Positions 27,884 through 32,000 of a DNA stretch of 32,000 bases are shown in pieces; the stretch's first letter is position 1; every line of letters starts with the position of its first letter. Position numbers and translations under genes: made by a program. This stretch comes from Synechocystis sp. PCC 6803 substr. PCC-P. GTDB taxonomy: Bacteria > Cyanobacteriota > Cyanobacteriia > Cyanobacteriales > Microcystaceae. Below the pieces are notes generated by a model. The model was not told the DNA's origin, searched no databases, and saw only the letters and a program-made list of their open reading frames with translations. The stretch covers positions 1,320,001 to 1,352,000 of the forward strand of contig NC_017039.1 in NCBI RefSeq assembly GCF_000284455.1, in the 5' to 3' direction.

Positions 27884-28925
27884 GGGGGAGAACCTCCTCA
27901 GGGAAGATAAAGTTTTCATGGGGTTGATCTTGGGGAGCCATCCAGGCGCGCATCCCTTCGTTCAACAAAATGTTTTTCGTATAGAAAGTTTCAAATTCCG
28001 GGTCTTCCGCCGCCCGTAGCTCCTGGGAGACAAAGTCATAGGCCCGTAGGTTCAAGGCTAAACCGACGATACCGACGGAACTCATCCACAGACCAGTTAC
28101 CGGCACGAACAACATGAAGAAGTGCAACCACCGCTTGTTGGAGAAAGCAATACCGAAAATCTGAGACCAGAAACGGTTAGCGGTCACCATGGAATAGGTT
28201 TCTTCTGCTTGGGTGGGTTCAAATGCCCGGAAAGTATTGGAATCTTCCCCATCTTCAAACAGGGTGTTTTCCACCGTGGCACCGTGGATAGCACAGAGGA
28301 GGGCGCCGCCCAAAATCCCTGCCACTCCCATCATGTGGAAGGGGTTCAAAGTCCAGTTGTGGAACCCTTGCAGGAACAAAATGAACCGGAAGATTCCCGC
28401 TACCCCAAAGCTGGGGGCAAAGAACCAACTGGATTGTCCCAAGGGGTACATCAAAAAGACACTGACAAACACCGCAATGGGACCAGAGAAGGCGATGGCG
28501 TTGTAGGGACGAATGCCAACCAGACGGGAAATTTCGAACTGACGCAGCATAAAGCCAATCAGACCGAAGGCACCGTGGAGGGCAACGAAGGGCCACAAAC
28601 CACCGATTTGGAACCAGCGGGTCAGGTTACCTTGGGCTTCGGGTCCCCAGAGGAACAGGAGGGAATGGCCGAAGGCATCGGCGGGGGAAGAGACCGCCAC
28701 GGTCAAAAAGTTAGCTCCTTCTAGATAGGAACTGGCTAGACCGTGGGTGTACCAGGAAGTAACGAAGGTGGTGCCGGTTAGCCATCCCCCCAGGGCCATG
28801 AAGGCACAGGGGAAGAGCAGCAAACCAGACCAACCAATAAATACGAAACGATCACGCTTTAGCCAATCGTCGAGGACATCAAACCATCCTCTTTCGACTG
28901 GGGCGCGTCCGACTGCAATAGTCAT
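27867..28925 (-). CDS. psbD: Photosystem II D2 protein
   Basis: 352 aa; [42 protein letters not shown] is the D2 N-terminus. Confidence 0.98.
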
Positions 28926-29262
28926 AAATGCAAATCCTCTTGCGTAGCTAGCATCAAAGGCAAGAATTTCTAAAGGAGGCTTTTGTAATTTGGGTTATGC
29001 CATTTAGACTCCATTCTCTAATAAGACGAGACGATTGGAAACTACACCGCCGGGGTATAGCGGTTGGCCAAAACCCAAATGCGGCCTGTCGGTGGAACAA
29101 TATTTGTTCTCCTGATGCCATTTTCTTATGGGTAGCAAGCCAGGCCACAGGGGCCAAACCTGCACTTATGTTGGCGTTCCTTGCCGAAACGCATCTACAT
29201 ATTATTAGCAAATATTTTACATTCTGACATATTCACTCTCATAATCGCCGATCGCCAGGGGT

Positions 29263-30609
29263 CTAGGATTCCGGGGCTTGGCCGGCAATATTGATGCGAT
29301 GACTGAGGCTAGTGAGGGTCTGACTGGTCTCCCAATCTTTTTGCTGGAGCTGGGTTATTTTGTCGCAACTGTACATCACGGTGGTGTGGTCTTTCCCGCC
29401 AAAGGCTTCCCCAATGCGAGGCAAACTCAGGTCTGTGTGCTGACGCATTAAATACATCCCCACTTGACGCGCCAGGCTAACTTCCCGACGGCGGGAGTTA
29501 CTGAGTAGTTCTTCAACCTTTAACTGATAATGCTGGGCCACAATGGTGATGATGGTCTCCGGGGCGGCGGCCACCTTTTCCACCGGGGGATTGAGCACCG
29601 GCGCAATGTTTTCCACTGTCATGGCCACGTTCGATAGGGACGTGTAGGCGATCGCCCGGATCAGGGCTCCTTCCAGTTCCCGGATGTTGGAAGTGTAATG
29701 GGAAGCAATATACTCAATGACCTCCTTGGGCAGACGAATCCTGTCGTACTCAGCCTTTTTTTGCAGAATGGCCATGCGGGTTTCCAAATCTGGCACCTGG
29801 ATATCGGCAATTAAGCCCATGGAAAAACGGGAAATGAGCCGGTCCTGTAAGCCAGGAATCCTTTGGGGAGCACGGTCGGAGGCTACAACCACTTGTTTGC
29901 CCGCTTCGTGGAGACTGTTGAAGGTGTGGAAAAACTCCTCTTGGGTGTACTCCTTGCCCTTAATAAATTGAATGTCGTCAATGAGTAGAAAGTCTGCACT
30001 GCGGTAATAGCTTCGGAAATCCTCCATATTGTCCTGGCGGATGGCCGTGATCAGATCATTGGTAAATCTTTCTGTGGAAACGTAATAAACCTTGGCGTTA
30101 GGGTACATTTCCAGTCGGTAATGGGCGATCGCCTGCATGAGGTGGGTTTTGCCTAGACCAACGCCGCCACAGAGAAAAAGAGGATTAAATTCCCGTCCGG
30201 GGGATTCTGCTACAGCCAAAGATGCCGCATGGGCCATGCGATTGGTGGGCCCCACCACAAAACGAGAAAAAGTATATTTACCATTGAGCGCTGTGGCATT
30301 TTTAGGGGTGGTCTCCATGGGCAGAGAAGACTCCTGGCCAATTAAGCTATGGGGTTCCAAGCCATCGGTAATGAGCTTCACCGTGATCTCCTGGCCTGTT
30401 AAATCCGTCAGTACCTCCATCAGCAGTGGTCCATAGCTTTTTTGCAGATGGTTCAGGACAAAACCATTCTCCACCTGAATGGTGGCCACCCCATCCCCCA
30501 AGGAAATTAGGACTGATGCTTTGATCCAAGTGTCAAAGGCCGGTTTGGTTAACTGGGTTGCCAGGATTGCTAGGGCCTGTTGCCAAAGATTTTCGCAGGA
30601 GACCATCAA
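29263..30609 (-). CDS. dnaA: Chromosomal replication initiator protein DnaA
   Basis: 448 aa; NPLFLCGGVGLGKTHLMQAI, DFLLIDDIQFIKGKEYTQEEFFHTFN and C-terminal DLSLPRIGEAFGGKDHTTVMYS. Confidence 0.97.
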   Translation of the reverse strand: MMVSCENLWQQALAILATQLTKPAFDTWIKASVLISLGDGVATIQVENGFVLNHLQKSYGPLLMEVLTDLTGQEITVKLITDGLEPHSLIGQESSLPMETTPKNATALNGKYTFSRFVVGPTNRMAHAASLAVAESPGREFNPLFLCGGVGLGKTHLMQAIAHYRLEMYPNAKVYYVSTERFTNDLITAIRQDNMEDFRSYYRSADFLLIDDIQFIKGKEYTQEEFFHTFNSLHEAGKQVVVASDRAPQRIPGLQDRLISRFSMGLIADIQVPDLETRMAILQKKAEYDRIRLPKEVIEYIASHYTSNIRELEGALIRAIAYTSLSNVAMTVENIAPVLNPPVEKVAAAPETIITIVAQHYQLKVEELLSNSRRREVSLARQVGMYLMRQHTDLSLPRIGEAFGGKDHTTVMYSCDKITQLQQKDWETSQTLTSLSHRINIAGQAPES

Positions 30610-30660
30610 AAATATACAAATATACTTAGTAGGAAAACTCTATTGGTGAGCGTGAACGGC

Positions 30661-31065
30661 CTAAAACGATTGGAACATGATTGCTAAAAAAGCAAAGGTT
30701 CCCACCACCACCAAGGCGATCGCCACCACAAAACTAATGGAAAGACGGGACTGGTAAGTGAAACGTCCCCGTTCAATGTGCTTTAAATCCTGACGGTGAT
30801 TAATGGCCGCCGCCAGTAGGGCTAAGGTGCCAATGATAATAAAGGATAAACCCAAAGTCCGGGATAGGTGAAAACCATTTCTGCCCCCCGGAAACGCGCC
30901 ATGGATGGCAGCGACAATACGGTCAATGCCCACGCCAAAACTGATCAAAGAAAGGCTGGTGCGAATCCAAGCCATTAATGTCCTTTCTGCGGCGGCCCGA
31001 TTCCGTTCCTTGGCCAATTCATTGGCTAAGTTATAGGGCTCTGGAGTTGGGGGATAATTATCCAT
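30661..31065 (-). CDS. DUF202 family membrane protein (YidH-like)
   Basis: AAERTLMAWIRTSLSLISFGVGIDRI signature and three TM helices. Internal ATG at 31065 (MDNYPPTPEPYNLANELAKERNRAAAERT) is preferred over the 31266 track start. Confidence 0.83.
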   Translation of the reverse strand: MDNYPPTPEPYNLANELAKERNRAAAERTLMAWIRTSLSLISFGVGIDRIVAAIHGAFPGGRNGFHLSRTLGLSFIIIGTLALLAAAINHRQDLKHIERGRFTYQSRLSISFVVAIALVVVGTFAFLAIMFQSF

Positions 31066-31282
31066 ACATTTCGCTAGCAAGTAAATTTGCTGTTTATCAA
31101 AAAAATGGACGCTAAAATCCCCTATTAAAGCCAAACCCAAGCAAAAGGCCCAAAGCCCAGAGACTTTGGACAATATGACCAGGTATTTGTCCCAGAGCTG
31201 AGGGGGCAATAGGCAATAACTGTGGGAAACTGAGAAAAACCAGATCCCTAGCCGGTTAACCCCCACCCTCTAACATTTAACC

Positions 31283-32000
31283 ATGGCCAATCCTGTCACT
31301 TTGCCCCAAACTTTTCTGTTACTCGGCTCTGGGGAATTGGGCAAGGAATTTACCATTGCCGCCCAGAGATTGGGCAATCGGGTCATTGCGGTGGACCGTT
31401 ATCCGGATGCGCCAGCCATGCAGGTGGCCCAGGTTGCCGAAGTCATTTCTATGTTGGATGGGAATGCCCTGGAAGCAGTGGTAAAAAAATATCAGCCGGA
31501 TTGGATTGTGCCAGAAGTGGAGGCCATCCGCACGGAAAAATTGTTGGAGCTGGAAGCCGGGGGCTATCGGGTCATTCCCACCGCCCAAGCCACCAATCTG
31601 ACCATGAACCGGGACCGGATTCGGGAGTTGGCCGCCCAACAGTTGGGGGTACGTACTGCCCGTTACAATTACGCCACCAGTTTGGCCGAGTTAGAGGAGG
31701 TAAGCCAGGCCATTGGTTTTCCCAATGTGGTCAAGCCGGTCATGTCTTCTTCGGGTAAGGGGCAATCTGTAGTTAACAATGCAGGAGAGGTGCAACAGGC
31801 CTGGTCAGCGGCGATCGCCGGAGCGAGGGGGGATCAGACCAAGGTGATTGTGGAGGAATTTATTCCCTTCGAGTTGGAAATTACGCTCTTAACTATCCGC
31901 CAATGGCAGGGAGAAACTCTGTTTTGTGATCCCATTGGCCACCGCCAAGAACGGGGAGACTATCAAGAATCATGGCAACCAGCCCCCTTAACCCAAAGGC
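31283..32000 (+). CDS. purT: Phosphoribosylglycinamide formyltransferase 2 (ATP-grasp), 3' end outside window
   Basis: Manual translation from ATG 31283: [49 protein letters not shown]...[37 protein letters not shown]...[14 protein letters not shown]. No stop inside the window, so it is absent from the ORF track. Confidence 0.93.
   Translation, partial: MANPVTLPQTFLLLGSGELGKEFTIAAQRLGNRVIAVDRYPDAPAMQVAQVAEVISMLDGNALEAVVKKYQPDWIVPEVEAIRTEKLLELEAGGYRVIPTAQATNLTMNRDRIRELAAQQLGVRTARYNYATSLAELEEVSQAIGFPNVVKPVMSSSGKGQSVVNNAGEVQQAWSAAIAGARGDQTKVIVEEFIPFELEITLLTIRQWQGETLFCDPIGHRQERGDYQESWQPAPLTQR

Noticed and set aside
28122-28724. 200 aa plus-strand ORF opposite psbD
   Set aside because: Glu/Gly/Pro-rich shadow ORF produced by codon usage of the highly conserved psbD strand. 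The nested minus-strand ORF 28255-28596 is rejected for the same reason.
28954-29227. Two overlapping ORFs in the dnaA-psbD gap (28954-29211 minus, 28997-29227 plus)
   Set aside because: No recognisable domains and mutually antisense; the region is more plausibly psbD promoter/leader.
29925-29933. TGTGGAAAA, a perfect cyanobacterial DnaA-box-like 9-mer inside dnaA
   Set aside because: Single occurrence inside coding sequence with no cluster nearby; not enough to claim an origin or autoregulatory site.
1-32000. Search for CRISPR arrays, prophage, toxin-antitoxin or restriction-modification modules
   Set aside because: No regularly spaced direct repeats, no Cas, phage structural, methyltransferase or TA-like proteins were recognised in the window.

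Overview
The window looks like ordinary chromosome from a Synechocystis sp. PCC 6803-type cyanobacterium. That organism call, and all locus-tag equivalences below, come from recalled protein-family knowledge, not a database search. Left to right: partial HD-GYP-like response regulator; orphan CbiO/EcfA-like ABC ATPase; homogentisate phytyltransferase (hpt) and tocopherol cyclase; type II peroxiredoxin divergent from a PerR/Fur regulator; DUF1499 protein; Psb28 paralogue; orphan oligopeptide-binding lipoprotein; tRNA-Asp; GatD-like amidotransferase; ndbB; AMIN-domain amidase; murI; PAO/Lls1-like Rieske oxygenase; ndbA; rimI-like acetyltransferase; DNA photolyase; ECF sigma factor with a membrane-anchored protein and a Spy/CpxP-like protein; ClC transporter; class A beta-lactamase-fold serine hydrolase; CpcS/CpcU-type lyase; an IS630/Tc1 (ISY100-like) insertion; psbC and psbD; dnaA; DUF202 protein; and the start of purT. 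I see no defence island, CRISPR array, prophage or clearly novel multi-gene system. The best leads are a possible degenerate, ORF-less group II intron remnant with a 34-nt domain V-like hairpin between the psbDC terminator and the IS, a sigH/membrane protein/Spy-like module, and a PerR-box-like palindrome plus a second unassigned palindrome upstream of the peroxiredoxin gene.
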